A stretch of 64,000 nucleotides of DNA from Penicillus capitatus. Lineage: Eukaryota > Plantae > Chlorophyta. The position numbers were made by a program, and so were the translations under genes. Below, piece by piece: positions 22,860-36,051 of this stretch (positions within the stretch are counted from its first letter, which is position 1; each line of letters starts with the position of its first letter). The DNA lies in assembly GCA_965649825.1 (NCBI GenBank), contig OZ287695.1, positions 2,097,288-2,161,287 of the forward strand. The letters run 5' to 3'. The notes below the pieces were generated by a model. It saw only the letters and a program-made list of their open reading frames with translations. It searched no databases and had not been told where the DNA came from.

Positions 22860-24419
22860 ATGTCTTTCCGCCGCATTGGCACCTTCATCCTCCGACGCGA
22901 TCTCCGCTTTCTTGGCGCGTTGACGGAGTCGTTGCCGTGCCATGTGGGCGACTCGGTGGTGGGAACGACGTGGATGACGCGACGTGGGAAGAAGACATAC
23001 AAGGGCAAACTGATCGACTGCCTCAAGAGTGAGATCCAATATGAAACGGACAACTACGAAACGGATCAGGTCAGGGCAAACGTCACATCAACAGATCTCA
23101 AACTTTGTGTAGTAGATGGTGAAGGACGGCCCACCTAACGACTTCACTCTGCTAGAAATGCAAGGCAGCGACGTGATTTTGCACAAGACACAGGACAATG
23201 AAGATATTACGATCAAAGCTTCATTTGTGGAACAGGTAGGACGATGGTGATCTATGTGATGATGCTGTTATCCCTTTGATCGGATCGCACCTGAACAAAC
23301 AAACACACAACTCTCGGTTTGTCTGTGAGCTGGTGTGTTTGTTTGTTCAGGTCTCCCGACTGTGGAAGTTTCTAAACGCGTCTATTCATCCATTACTGTC
23401 GCATGGGTATCGAAATTTCTCCTTGGGTTCTTTTCCGACAGTGGGCGTGAATCTCACCGGAAAACATTCGAAACTAAGAGTGCCGATGCATGTTTATCAC
23501 CATCTCTCTTATCAGGCAATATCTCACTCTTTTTCCAAAACGAATGTGTGATCGACACCATGCATGACCCATGACGCTTTGTGCTGTGTAGCCGCTGCCG
23601 GAGAAAGAGAATCCAGAAGATCCCGATTCTGCCGTAAGTAGATGCAATACATGAGAGATTCGAGTGGGTGGGGAGGGGAGAGATCTCTGTGTCGTTTATA
23701 TGGGGGTTGATTGCCTTTTTAGAGTTTCAAGCCCAAACCCATTCCTCTGCCCAATCGTTACCGTCCTTTGTTTCGTCATCCAACTCTCGGAAAGAAACGT
23801 CCGCGGAACTACACCATTGTCCGAGATCCTTTCAAAGAGAATGTACGATTTGTTGTGCCCAAATGGATGGTCATTGGACCGGAGGGCAAACACCATCACA
23901 CTTTTGGATGGAATATTGGTCAAGCACCTCCTAAAGATCCGTTCTACGATCCCCCTATTCTGGAGGTCACACATCTCCCGTCCCATTCCCTCTCTCCACC
24001 CTCAACCATGTAAAGACGGCGATGATGTCCTGCATCTGTAGGTATCTCATACGATCATGCTGACAGCGACGATCCAGAAAAAGGGACAGCCCGAGCAGAT
24101 GCTGTTAGAGTGCGAGACCGACGGCGGTTACATGTCGATCAACCATGTTGGTATGCAGAAAGCTTCAAGCGCTAGCGAGAGCTCTCATTACACTGGACCT
24201 GTACACATCCCTTTTCTCATTTCTATAGATATAGGTCTACTGTTTCAGGCCTTTGGAGAACTGGATGAAACACTCCAAGATACATTCAATAATTGGCTCG
24301 AAGAACGCGGCATCGATGACGTTTTAGGCGACTATTTGGTTCAAAAGATCCACGATATTGAACAGCAGCACTATCAAGAATGGCTCCAAAAGACACAAGC
24401 TTTTGTGGAACAGGAATAA
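22860..24419 (+). CDS. MAM33/C1QBP-family mitochondrial acidic protein (multi-exon)
   Basis: Basic presequence; LKSEIQYE; YTGP|FGELDETLQDTFNNWLEERGIDDVLGDYL...YQEWL C-terminal motif. Confidence 0.88.
23289..23352 (+). ncRNA. Intronic fold-back (pre-miRNA-like) hairpin
   Basis: Perfect 20-bp inverted repeat ACCTGAACAAACAAACACAC (23289-23308) / GTGTGTTTGTTTGTTCAGGT (23333-23352) around a partly paired 24-nt core. Confidence 0.45.
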
Positions 24420-24691
24420 CCCTCCTCTCTTGATGCAATCATCGTTGTTTGATGGAGTTTATCATCATGAGAGACGGCCGACTCCTTATCTGCGCCATGC
24501 TCATCTAGCAAAACGCGATCATGAACGTATAGGGTGCGAGATGTCACATCATAAAGCGTCGACTGCTACGAGAATCGCAGCAGCCACGAGGACTCCTTTC
24601 ATAAAAGAACTGCCGGAACTTATCAATGTGGAGAGATGAAATAAAGATAATTCTTCGGTGGCAACGGAGTCTTCTCTGTTGAGTGATTGGA

Positions 24692-27175
24692 ATGAGGAAG
24701 GTGGCTCTGGCGAAGGAGTGCTTTCCAAGCATCGTTCTTCGTAGACGTGCACAGCAGAGAGGAAATCTCCACGAGCAGCTTTCCAGCATGAAAGAGCATC
24801 GTCGAAACTGGCACCCGTTAGCGACATCAGACGATAGACGCTTCGGGGAACAGCCATCCGTCGATGCGATCCGCGAACCATTGGCCACGAGATAGACAGA
24901 ATAAAAATGTTGACATTATAGCGCATTCTGGCATTAGCTTGCCGCCATACTTGCACCCATGAAACGCGAAAGAAGCGATGCCGTCGTTTCTTCTGAGGAA
25001 ATAGGAGAGAGAAGAGAACGGGAAAGACAGATCCTGAACTTGCGCCATCACCTGGTGGCGACTTTGAGAGATCACGTCTCAGGAAATAGTGCCTCCTATC
25101 AAGAGTGCATCTGCTAACAGGCCACATGTATCTATCGCCAGATGTATGTTTGTGCAGATTGGTGCAGGAAGTCCATGTGCTGTTGCATCATGTCGCGACA
25201 CTAGACTGTCCAGCAGAGCAGCGCAAATTGCAGATTCTCTTGTCTTGTTTGGCAGGCTGCGCCTCAGAAATCGTTTCCAAACACCACAGTGCGCTCTGCA
25301 ACGCGATTCTCGACATTCCATTCATCACGCAGCCAAAGGTAGACCAGACACCACTATGCATCGTCAGATGTGTCCCTCTGGTCATGTCATCTGTAGACAG
25401 TGCAGAAGGCCTTGGTGGATGTCTTCCTGAACTGGATGCTGACAAACTGCTCGTTGATTCCGGGATGCTTGAGCTCATTGGCGATCTCATTGGTTCCATT
25501 CAAACCGTACAGCCCGATCAACGATCCATCGGAGAAGTGGACGATGCCTGAGCCATTGGCCGATACCCATCGTCTGATCTTGGATGTCGTCGATCAGGTG
25601 AAGCCAACACGAGACGCTGTCACATCGAAGGCTGGCCTGCTTAGGTCTACGGAATGATTCCGCACGTCGCGTCACAGTTTCTAGGATCGCTTTCCGCAAA
25701 GCAGCCGTTCTGGATGCGGCATTGCGAATCGCACTGTCTCTATCTCAGTGCGATTTTTCAAATCATGAAACGTCCGGTGGGGAAGAATTTTCAGGAGAAG
25801 CTCTGGTCCATGGTCGTTCATCACCTTCTGGATCTCGATGTCAATATCCATGCGAGCGATCTGGATCGCAGTTCTGACTTGGGCGGCGAAGTCGGTCTCT
25901 TTCATTGCGATCTCGGAGATGGATCAAAAGGATCTCCTGCATCCGATCAGCGCACACAGCAACTCGCAACATTGCTCACCGTTATGGACGCAATGATGGA
26001 GATCACGTTGGAGGAACTGGAAAACGGCGTGACGAAAGAGAATCGGGATCAAATGTGGAAGATCATGATGACGCTGTTCGATGCGTTGATGATCACGACA
26101 CACGAAGCGCAGTTTGTGCATTTCCTGATTTTCTACCTCGTTCAGAAGAATCCACTGGAATGGACAGCCTGTTTCATAAGGAGGTGTCTCATCAGAGTGG
26201 AAGATGTATGGACGGCTGCGCCCCTGCGGTCTGCCTACGCTTCCTACGTCGCCAGCTTTCTCTCAAGAGCAAAGTGTGCACCCCATGAGCTGCGGCTTCA
26301 GGGACTGGAAACACTCATGAAGACCTGCGAAGCCTATGCCAAAAAAGAATCCGAAAAGAAGCGAGAGCTCAAGAAATGGACACAGAATCGACTCGCCAAA
26401 GAGAAGACGGCATCTCTGAGTCCCCTTACACAACACGAAGTGCGTCATGGATGACACGTGCCTGTACCGAACAGACACTCTGTATGGCAGGTTTTCTACA
26501 CATGCATGCAATCGTTGATGTATCTGCTGTGTTATGTGACACCATGGCATCTCCGCAAGGGCAATAGCACTTACGGCGGCCACGTCTCCCATTTGGATCA
26601 GGTGCATCACTCAGTCATCGTGCCGTTTGCTGAGACGTTGTTTTTCAGTTAAAGACACTGATTCAAGGAAGACTGAGTCCACTGCTCTACCATCCTTTGG
26701 ATCCACTGAATCGCATTGACCCAGCCATTGCTGTTCAGTTTGCTGATCTCGTTGAGCAATTGAGCATCATCCGGTGTCGACATCTGATCGATATGGTGAC
26801 GATCTGACGATGCCACGACCAGCAAAGTTCATCTCTGTGTCTGCAGACTCGGTTGTATCAAGACAAGAGCAAACTTCGTGCGTCTTTTGCTTTCGATCCT
26901 TATTGTCTGGGTCGATCCAGGTCGTATCTGAAACTGGAAGAAACGTACATAACGTGGAACGCAGTGAAGCGCTGTCTGCCAGACCAAGACACCGTCATCG
27001 AAGGTCGATTTCCAAGTAAGACAACCATGTGCCCCGCTCCTCTGTCAAACGGCGTTTAGATGAGGAAGAATTGCTGGAAGGGTGTTCTTGGGAGGACGAT
27101 TTTTCTCCGGGACATTCCCTTTGCGCATCGGCGCCCATTCGGCGAGGCGATCCAACAGTTGACGGAATTCTTTGA
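24692..27175 (+). CDS. RRN3: RNA polymerase I initiation factor RRN3 (multi-exon)
   Basis: QFVHFLIFY, RSAYASYVASFLSRAK, VFYTCMQSLMYLLCY, FAFDPYCL motifs in a HEAT-like helical protein. Confidence 0.88.
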
Positions 27176-27262
27176 GGGATAACAAGAGAGGCTGCACGCA
27201 GAGAGAGAAAGACGCATTTTATGGATCCATCTATTGCAACACGATCATCCTATATAATCGCA

Positions 27263-30200
27263 TCACGGCCGCCATTTCTGCGAAACCTTTGAGCTCTCGT
27301 CTCGCCGCAGAAACTCCGCGAGTCGTGGCGAATACTTCCCACTCTTCATTCTCTGTCTGGCCACCACATCATGGGCAGCCGTTTTCGAAGACAGATGCTT
27401 GCTGTGCTTTTCCCGGTTCTCCTTCACCACGCCACTCGCCCAATCGCCATACCGATTCAGTAATGTACTGTTCTCGTGGCGCAGCGTATCTGCCTTCTGT
27501 CTCATCACAGCATAAGCATCTTTGGCCGATTGGGCTTCGGAAACGGCACGTTCGATCGATAGATGTGAAGCAGAGAGATCCGATTCGAGGTGTTTGTTGC
27601 GCTCGACACTGCGCTCGAGATTCTTTTGGATGCATTTGCGGGAGGCCTCTTCGGCTTCCATAGCAGCGACGAGATCCTCGATCATTTTGCTTTTCTCTCC
27701 TAGTTTTAGCTTCAACTCAGCAACGGCGTTTTCTTTCTCTTGGAGATCTCGCCGTCTCTGCGTCTCATTCTCTCTCTTTTCTTCCATCGTCGACTGGAGT
27801 GTCATTTCTTTCTCGGCCACGAGGGCAGACAGTCGCGAGATCTCTTTCTTTATCACTGTGATTTTGTCCTTTGCCTCCACGAGCTGCTCCTGAGCACGTG
27901 CCGCTTCATCGTGACTCCGTTCTTTCTCAGCCGTCGACTCCGAGATCTAACACCGACAGAAACTGTCTCTATGCAAGCTCGAGATCCAAAGCACTTGGCG
28001 TTTGAATTTTTCTCTCTCTGTGTTATGCGATTCTTGCGTCGCCTTGAGCTGACCCGTGAGCGAACGTAATGTCTCGCTGAACTGATGGATCTGAGCATCC
28101 CTCTCGGCGATCTCCTCCGACGATCTCTCAAGAACACTCGTCTTTTCATCCTCACTGACCTCCAACTGCATCGCACCGCTTCAAATGATCATCTCTGAGC
28201 CACTCTATTTATCACCTTTTTTCTCAGATGTTTGATTTCTTCCCTGAGATGCACACATTGTAAGGCCTCTCGCTGCAAATCCTCTTCCATCTCCGTCATC
28301 CTCTCGCCATAAGATGCCGCGTTCTGTTTCAGGCGTTGTTCTTGGAAGGAAAGCTGATCCTACAGCAGACAACGCACGCGTGAGCTCGTTTGGCACATCG
28401 CGGTCATAGCTCAGTGGGAGAGCGTCAGACTGAAGATCTGAAGGCCCCGTGATCGATCCACGGTGACCGCATCCTTTTCGTCACGCACTTTTGTCCTTTT
28501 CAATTCCTCCTGCCCGTCTTCAACTTCTCGCGTCTGCTGTTTGCAACGCCCCTCCACCAAACTCAGTTCGTTCTTGAGATTCGACCATTTGGCATGGAGA
28601 GACTCCTTCTCTCGCAGCGTCTCCTCTTGCACGTCACTCAGAGCAGCGACCTCCGTCTGAACCTCCTTCAATGATTTCTTGAGGTTACGGATCTCAGCCA
28701 TATATGCTGTCTCCTTCTTCTAAACACAAACCGTAGAGCTGCACATCTATGGATCGACAGTGCAGATCTCGAAGTTATACTTTACTGTCATGTTTTATGC
28801 CTTCGAGCTTTGTCTTGGTCTCGGCAGACCATTCCGATTCCTTCCGCTTGTGATCGTGAACCGACATCTCGTGCTTCTCTTTGAGTCGGACGTGTTGTTT
28901 CAGCAAATCTCGATGCGCTTCTCTCTCGTTCTTTAAAGACTGTTTGAGATCCTTCGTCTCCTCTTCGAGATGGATCTTCTCTTTTTGCAGAGATGCTGTG
29001 AGAGATTGAGAGGCTTCGACTTCACTGGCCAATCGCTTGGCCTCACTCTTTTCCCCAGAAATGATGTGACATTCTTTTACGTTGGATGCTATTGTACCTG
29101 ATGTTTGGCAACGAGGAGACGTTCTTGGCTCAGAAAATCGTGGACGGTGTCGATCTCTTCCTCCATGACGTTTCTTCGCTCTTCGCTCGATTCCAGTTCC
29201 CGTTGAAGACGGCAGCATCGTGCCTCACTCTCTTTGCTTCGTTCTAAACAGTGTGATGCAGCTTCATTTTAAGTAAGAGGCATCTTCTCACACCTTTTTC
29301 CTGAGCTTCTCCGGACTGTCGTGCCTGGCACTCTTTTGTTAATTGTTGTGCTTTGAGTGTCAGTGCATTGACAGTGCCTTCCAAATACGTGCTTCGATTG
29401 CTGAGCTGCTCACACTCTTTCTTGATTTCGTGAAGCCTGAATCAAACTCTCTTCACAGAAGGTGATGCAAATTGGCGCCGACTTCTGTGTGCGTTCCTTA
29501 AGCATCGCGCCGCTTTCTGCCAGCTGTTCCGTGAGATGTCGACATGTGACATGCTGCCGCTGCATCTCCTCTGCTTGTCGCGTTGCCTGTTCTCTGATCT
29601 GATCACATTCTTTTTCGACCAAGACCAAACGATCGGTCTTCGCTTTATCATCTGCCTCGAGCCTCAGCCTCAGACAATGCTCATCGCGAAGCCTGTAACG
29701 ATATGCACATCTTTCTCTGCGACGGCAAGAATCCGGTTTGCAGCTGTAGACCTTCTTTGCAGTTCCTTGAGACGGTCATCGTGTGTCTTCAGTGCCGCTC
29801 TCAGCGCCGTCTGTCCCTTCTCCATTCAAACACGCTGACCGTTCGTTTGCGATGATCACCTCCTCTTCTGCTTTTGCAGAGAGATCGTTTGTCAACGTCT
29901 GCAGATCCTGTTCAAACCGTGCTCTTTCCTGCATCACACAGAGCCTCTCTCACGATGAGCGTCCAAATGCCTGCAATGGTCGAGAGACCGTTTTTTGATC
30001 CGTTTTCAGTCGAAGGAGCTCTTTTGCCAATGCCTCGTTCGCCGTTACCAGATCCTGCATCATTAGAGATCCCATCTCCTGTATGCCGCACACCAGAGCC
30101 TACTGAAATCGTATTGTCTTTGTAAGCATTCCATCGATTTTGCAGGTCCTTATCAAAGGCTCGCTGTCCTCCTTTTAACAGATAGTTTTTTGGATGGAAG

Positions 30201-30433
30201 GAATGGCTAGGACAGGCAACTGCCAGCGCTTTTCTCTTTTTATCTTCAACACCCACCGCGACAGCATTCTCATGACAGTCCCTCATCATGTCCCTACCAT
30301 GAGACATGGAATGCTCTTGTGCTTCTGCCGTTTCATGGACACCATCTGAGGTCGGTATCACCAGGACTCTATCCCCAGAGACAGCCACCTTTACCGACGT
30401 CCCCGTCATCATGAACACCGCCACTCGATTCAA
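27263..30433 (-). CDS. Long coiled-coil protein, function unknown (multi-exon, start uncertain)
   Basis: Successive E/K/Q/R-rich heptad exons separated by short GT-AG introns. Confidence 0.6.
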
Positions 30434-30578
30434 GACGTCATTTCATTTAGGACATCTCCCTCAATGCATCTCATTCTCTCATCAAGATTCAGCACAGTCG
30501 GCCAAAAAAGAGAAGGCGCGTGCACGGGTGCGATCGTGTGTTGGAACTGGATCGACTTGACGCGTGGTCACCTCGAGG

Positions 30579-31628
30579 ATGATGCATCTTCGATATCTGT
30601 CGACTGCCCAGACGTCAGGCATCGTTGGGCGCAGGTCGTCCCCTCTCTGTACTGCAGCTTCCAATCCTGTCCTTCAGAGCGTTTCGGGCCTTTCAGGCAC
30701 GACGCCAACGCGAACGTCGTTCCAATGCTGCCCTACATCTGATCTTGACGGCCACGCGGCAGGGTAATGCCATCCCGTCTGCGATGCTGCTCTCCTAAAC
30801 CCTGATTGGACACAGAGCCATTTTCGCCACCGACGGTCTCGGAAACAAAAACACGCTTCGCTGGGTTACATACCGCACCGATCCCCGCCGTGTACAGCAC
30901 GGTCGTGTTGGAACTGCTCGTTCAACATCACTTTATGCGCTACAACAAAAAATACAAATACGATCCGGTACATCCCATTTCTTCAGTCCATTGCTCTTCA
31001 TGCTTCTCTGCCTGTCCTCAGATTTTTGCACTGGGCTTTGTCAGTGCCTTTGATCAGATATTGGATGGATTTGATGCGCCTTCGAAGGATGACATCTTCT
31101 CGGCCTATCTAAAGAGCTTAGATGAAGATCCGTCAAAGTTCCGGAACGATGCCACCCGTCTCGAAGGGGCCTGTCAGGAGGTGAATGGAAATCTGGATGA
31201 CCTTCTTTCTCAAGAGAACTCAAACAGCAATCTCTTGAAATCCTCTCTGACGGGGATTGCAGAGAATGCAAAGAATGGAGAGTTCTATTACACCAAGTTC
31301 TTTGCCATCGGTCTCTTCCGAGTCCTCGAGCTCACAGGTGACAACCTCTTCCCCTCTATTCGCCTCTCACATGGTGTTGTCAGGGTTTAAGGATCCTAAA
31401 GCGCTGGAACGGCTTGTGAGTGTGATCAACGGCAATTTGGAATTCGTCAATCGAGATTTGAAACTGTACAAGAATATTCTGACGCGTCTCTCTGCAGCCA
31501 AGGAGATGATGAGGGAAGTAACGGAGCGCGAACAGAAGAGATCGGCCGAGAGAGAAGCTAGTAGGGTGACAAATAATGATTCCACGAAAACAGAAGAAGG
31601 CAAGACCGATGTTTCGGAACAAATGTGA
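30579..31628 (+). CDS. THF1: Thylakoid formation 1 / Psb29
   Basis: Transit-peptide-like start; PPTVSETKTRF...PIPAVYSTVVLELLVQHHFMRY; FYYTKFFAIGLFRVLE; VNRDLKLYKNILTRL. Confidence 0.95.
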
Positions 31629-32030
31629 GTGGGGGTTCTCTGTGAAAAGACGGACGGCTCATATTTAGAACATTCTTCATGAGAGACGATGATTTTTGGA
31701 TGGGCCGCTTTATTTGATAAATATTCCATTCTCCTGTCTCGCAGCTGCAAAGCCGCCATCCAAAAACAGACAGATCTCTCACGCACGCGCATTTCCAATG
31801 ATAGCTCACTCCTGAGAACTGCAGGAGGACAGTGTGGCCTAAGACCTCTCTCCACCCTTGACAGCAAGAGCGTATAATTGGACAGGGGATCGTCTGAGTC
31901 CGGCTGCGATCGCCCTGCAGTTTCTCGACTGTTCTGCGCCGCATCGACGGCGTTTGTTCTAAATTGCCGTCGCCATTTTTCGTTGGTTCGTGCGTTTTAA
32001 TGCTTGTCATTCTCCACCATCGATACAGAG

Positions 32031-34244
32031 ATGCTAGACGAGCGAGAAGGAGAACGATCGCTGTTGGAAGAGACCACGCCATCTCAGCGTCGCCATGGCA
32101 TGCGTGTTACTTTCTCTGTGCGCCTTGCCTCGACGTCTTTTCACTCAAGTCGACATTCGCTTTGCAGAATCTCGAGTACTTTCTTCCTTCCAACATCAAA
32201 CGTGGAGAAACGGCCACTGTCCTGAAGAAGATGTCCGGATATTTCAACCCGAATGAAATGACAGCTCTGGTCTGACATGATCTCACCGGAGACAACAACA
32301 CGACGTGAGGACTGCTTTGTGCTAGATGGGCCCTAGCGGATGCGGAAAATCGATTCTGATGGATGTGTTGGCCGGAAGACGTACCCGAGGAACACTGCAG
32401 GGAGCGATTCGATATGATGGACGAACACCGTCACAAGGATTCCTCCACTGGTGTACGGGATATGTCGAGCAGTTCAGCACCTTGATTGAGAACTTGACCG
32501 TGTTCGAGATGCTCATGTACACAGCAGAACTGAAAGTAAAACACCGACGGACCTCGGCAGCATTTGATCCGTCCTTGATTCAGCGCCCGTTGGATGAATC
32601 CTTGTCGAGCAAAGAACAGGCCGTGATGGATTTGATCGACCGTTTGGCACTGACATCGTGTAAAAACAGCCGAATCGGAGATCCGCACTTGGATCGGGGC
32701 ATCTCCGGAGGAGAGGTCACTCGATGCTACACAATAGGGGTCGCCTAGAGAGTGTGTATGGCGGGTAGGGAAAGAGAGTCAACATCGGCATTGGATTGAT
32801 CACGAACCCCCGAGTGCTGTACATAGACGAACCTGTTTCTGGACTCGATTCCTACACAGCAAATGAGGTGAGGCCATGGAATGGAAAAGAGAAGAGAGTT
32901 GGAACGTTTGCTGCACACAGGTGACGGAACTGATCCATAGTCTCGCCTGCGATGGAACCACCGTCTGTGCCACCCTGCATTCCCCAACGCCCTTCACCTT
33001 TCGCCTCTTTGATCGCATTCTTCTGCTCGTTCAAGGAACCATGGTCTTCTTCGGCGGACGAGGTGTCACATCACACGCCGCCAATGAGAGAGGCTGCGAT
33101 CGATGTGAATGTAGAGGAGATCGTTGGGTACTTTGAGAGTCTGGCTGTCGGGTCACGTCATCCCTCCCAGAGTGTTGCTGAATGGTTGACGGAGATCATC
33201 GTCAAGGCAGACCAGGAAGACACAACGCCTGTACTCATTGAAGGCTATCGGCATTCTCAGCTACGTACACAGACAGAAAGCCATACCACGATGTCCTCCC
33301 CCTCTGCCGAGATGCGAGAAGAGAATGGACAGATGGTGCAAGAGAATATCTACAAGCAGAAACCCTTCTGGTTTTCTCTGAAGATACTGATCCGCTACCG
33401 TGCTGTCAAAAATCTCTCGAGTCTTTCTTTCTGGTTGACTCGGAGCATCGACAAGAGCGTCATCGTCCTTCTGCTCTGTACACTCTACTACAGTCTGGGA
33501 GATAACATCACGCCCAACAACTACTTCGAGCTTTCGGCATTGATGTTCATCTGGTCAACATTCTCAGCAACGGGCGCTCTGGTTTATGTCCCTCGATTGG
33601 TGGTCGAACGATGGGTGTTCTATCGAGAGCAGCGCGATGGACTGTATCCTGTGCTCTCGTATTTTCTCATCAAGATCCTCGAAGAGATGATGGTGGCTGT
33701 GGTGCTGTCCGTGCTCTTCTGCTACATTCTGTGGTCTTGCATCCATCTACAGGGCAGTCTCCTACGATTCATACTCACCTTCTTTGGCATGTTTGCCTCC
33801 AGCATTCTACTGTCCTTATTCTTTGGGGCAATTGCGCCCAACATGGACATTGCTAATGCTCTATTCCCCTGCTATATGATGACCCTTATGTTCTATGCTG
33901 GCTATCTGCTGTTGCCTGACGACATACCGAACTACTTGGTCTGGTATTCAAAACTGGATTTCCTTAAGTACTGCTACGGTGCGCTGATGGCAAACCAATT
34001 CAAAAGCGATGTCAAACTGGAAGGAGCAGCAATCTACTTCACACGTAAGCATCTCTGCCATCTCGAATGGTCCATCCACTAAGTGTGATTGTGTGTCTAT
34101 CCAGCGAGGGATTTTCTGGACAACCTTGGTCTGGGCGATTTCGACGAAGATTGGTACGTCGGAATTCTCTATCTCTTTTCGACCGGCTTCGGTATCCTTG
34201 CATACTCGGCCATGCGTTTCGTTAGATACGAGCGCAAGAAATGA
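32031..34244 (+). CDS. ABCG half-transporter (NBD-TMD)
   Basis: Walker A GPSGCGKS, signature ISGGE, DEPVSGLDS, H-loop LHSP, ABC2 membrane domain with ERWVFYREQRDGLY. Confidence 0.95.
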
Positions 34245-34275
34245 GAGTCCGTTCTCTCTATCACATAAGAGTGAT

Positions 34276-35204
34276 TTAAGAAAGGACACTTTTGCCATTA
34301 AAATAGTTCCATGTGTACGATCCCCAAGATGCCAATGTCGATAACACGGTCAGTTTCGCAATGAGATCGATCCCTTCTTCCGACGGCAGCCGTATCCATC
34401 CATGACCCATGCACGCAGCGACAAGGCTGAGTTGCATCGCCGTATTGAATTTGCTAATGAGATTGGGTTGGACATGATATCCACGACCTCTTGTCTGCTT
34501 CATCTGTAGCAGATGTTGATAGAAGCTCATTGGATTCTTGGATCCAGCGACGGTATAGTGCACATAGGTTCCAGCGACGAGACAGACATCGCGTGCAATG
34601 ACGGGAGCTGCTGCCCAGACTGGCAGAATTCCTTGAAAGACCAATGCACCGGCAGCGAAGCCAATCAGCATCTTGTCGGCTAAGGGATCCAGAAAGGAAC
34701 CCATAACGGAATGGTATTTGAATGTCTTTGCCAGATATCCATCGAGCCAGTCCGAAGCCTATTCCACATCGACGGTTAGAGGCGTTTGGATGAGGGGACT
34801 GCCTTGTTTACCCCAGCAATCGCCAGACCAGTTGTTGCTAATGGCCAGGATTCGTGTACGATCCATGTTGCAATGCAAGGTCCGCTGAGAAGCCGTGCTA
34901 GTGAGACAAGGTTCGGTGCCATCATCAGTTCCCTCGCTACCCAAGAACCAAGACTCGACGAGCCTTTTGAAGACGGCCCATGATTGGCATCCGAATGCAG
35001 TCTGTTAGATAAGACAAGTGAAAAGACAGCTGACGTATCTATACACAGGTAAAGTGTGAGATATGCATCTGACGACCGTCTTCTCACACTTTTGTTCTCT
35101 ACATGAGAGATGCCTCGAGGAACAGAGAGAGGAAAGAGCGTTGGGGTGTCGAGAGAAGAGTAAACGAGTGAGGACAGAAGCCTCAGAGGCGTTTGCCGAA
35201 ACAT
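34276..35204 (-). CDS. CLS1: Cardiolipin synthase (CDP-alcohol phosphatidyltransferase)
   Basis: APNLVSLARL; DWLDGYLAK...GSFLDPLADK motif; presequence-like N-terminus. Confidence 0.9.
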
Positions 35205-36051
35205 CAGTCGCGTTTCCTGCCTGGATATCGTCCAGTTGCTTTCATAAGCCTCGCAAAGATGAGACGGTGCAGCACAATGACGACTGGGATAAAGAGACAG
35301 ACGCTCGCGACCGACACGCAAAGATCGTAGACAGGAAACGGCAATTCAACGTCGAAGATGGGAAGCACGTGAGAACGCTGAGGCGTCATGAACAACGGGA
35401 CTAGATGAATGGAAATTTATGCAAGTGCGATAACGCCCGTCATCGCTGTTTAGGGAAAGCGCAGGACGCCTTCAGTTGGAAAGCCGTTGACGTCGTTGGC
35501 TACTTCCCATCAACGACACACCTCTCTTTCCATACGATATCTGACACCGTCCTCTTACCCAGACAGTGATCTCATGTGTTTCCTGGGAGCGCCCTGCATC
35601 GGGTTGTTAACGCGAATGACGAGAGGCTGATGTGATATCGTTCTGTCTCCATTGAGACCTATATGTTCTAGTGAAATGTCATGGTGCTCGTTAACCCGTT
35701 AGCGAACGACGCAGTCGTCGAGTATATCGAGATGTCTCTTGGTCAACCTCTTAGTAAACATGTGTGTCGTAACACAGATGTTTGAAGGCAACTGTCCATC
35801 ATGCGATCGTTAATGGATTCTAACTGAACCACCATGCAACCAAAACTGGAGGAAACGACACTTCAAAATGTCCCATTTTCGTTTCCTTTATCTTCATCGC
35901 TAAAGAAAAAAATGCAAAGTATTGGACAAATGCTAAATAAGGTTTTGTTTCATGTTTGTACAACATTCAGTGGTCCCCAGTCTTCTTTAGAAAATCCAAG
36001 TTGCGTCGTCTTCACTGGGACCACTGAGATTGCTAAGCTCTATGTGACGAT

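Noticed and set aside
23256-23294. C/D snoRNA (GTGATGA...CTGA)
   Set aside because: Too short, no terminal stem, no clean cytosolic rRNA complement; the CTGA belongs to the hairpin arm.
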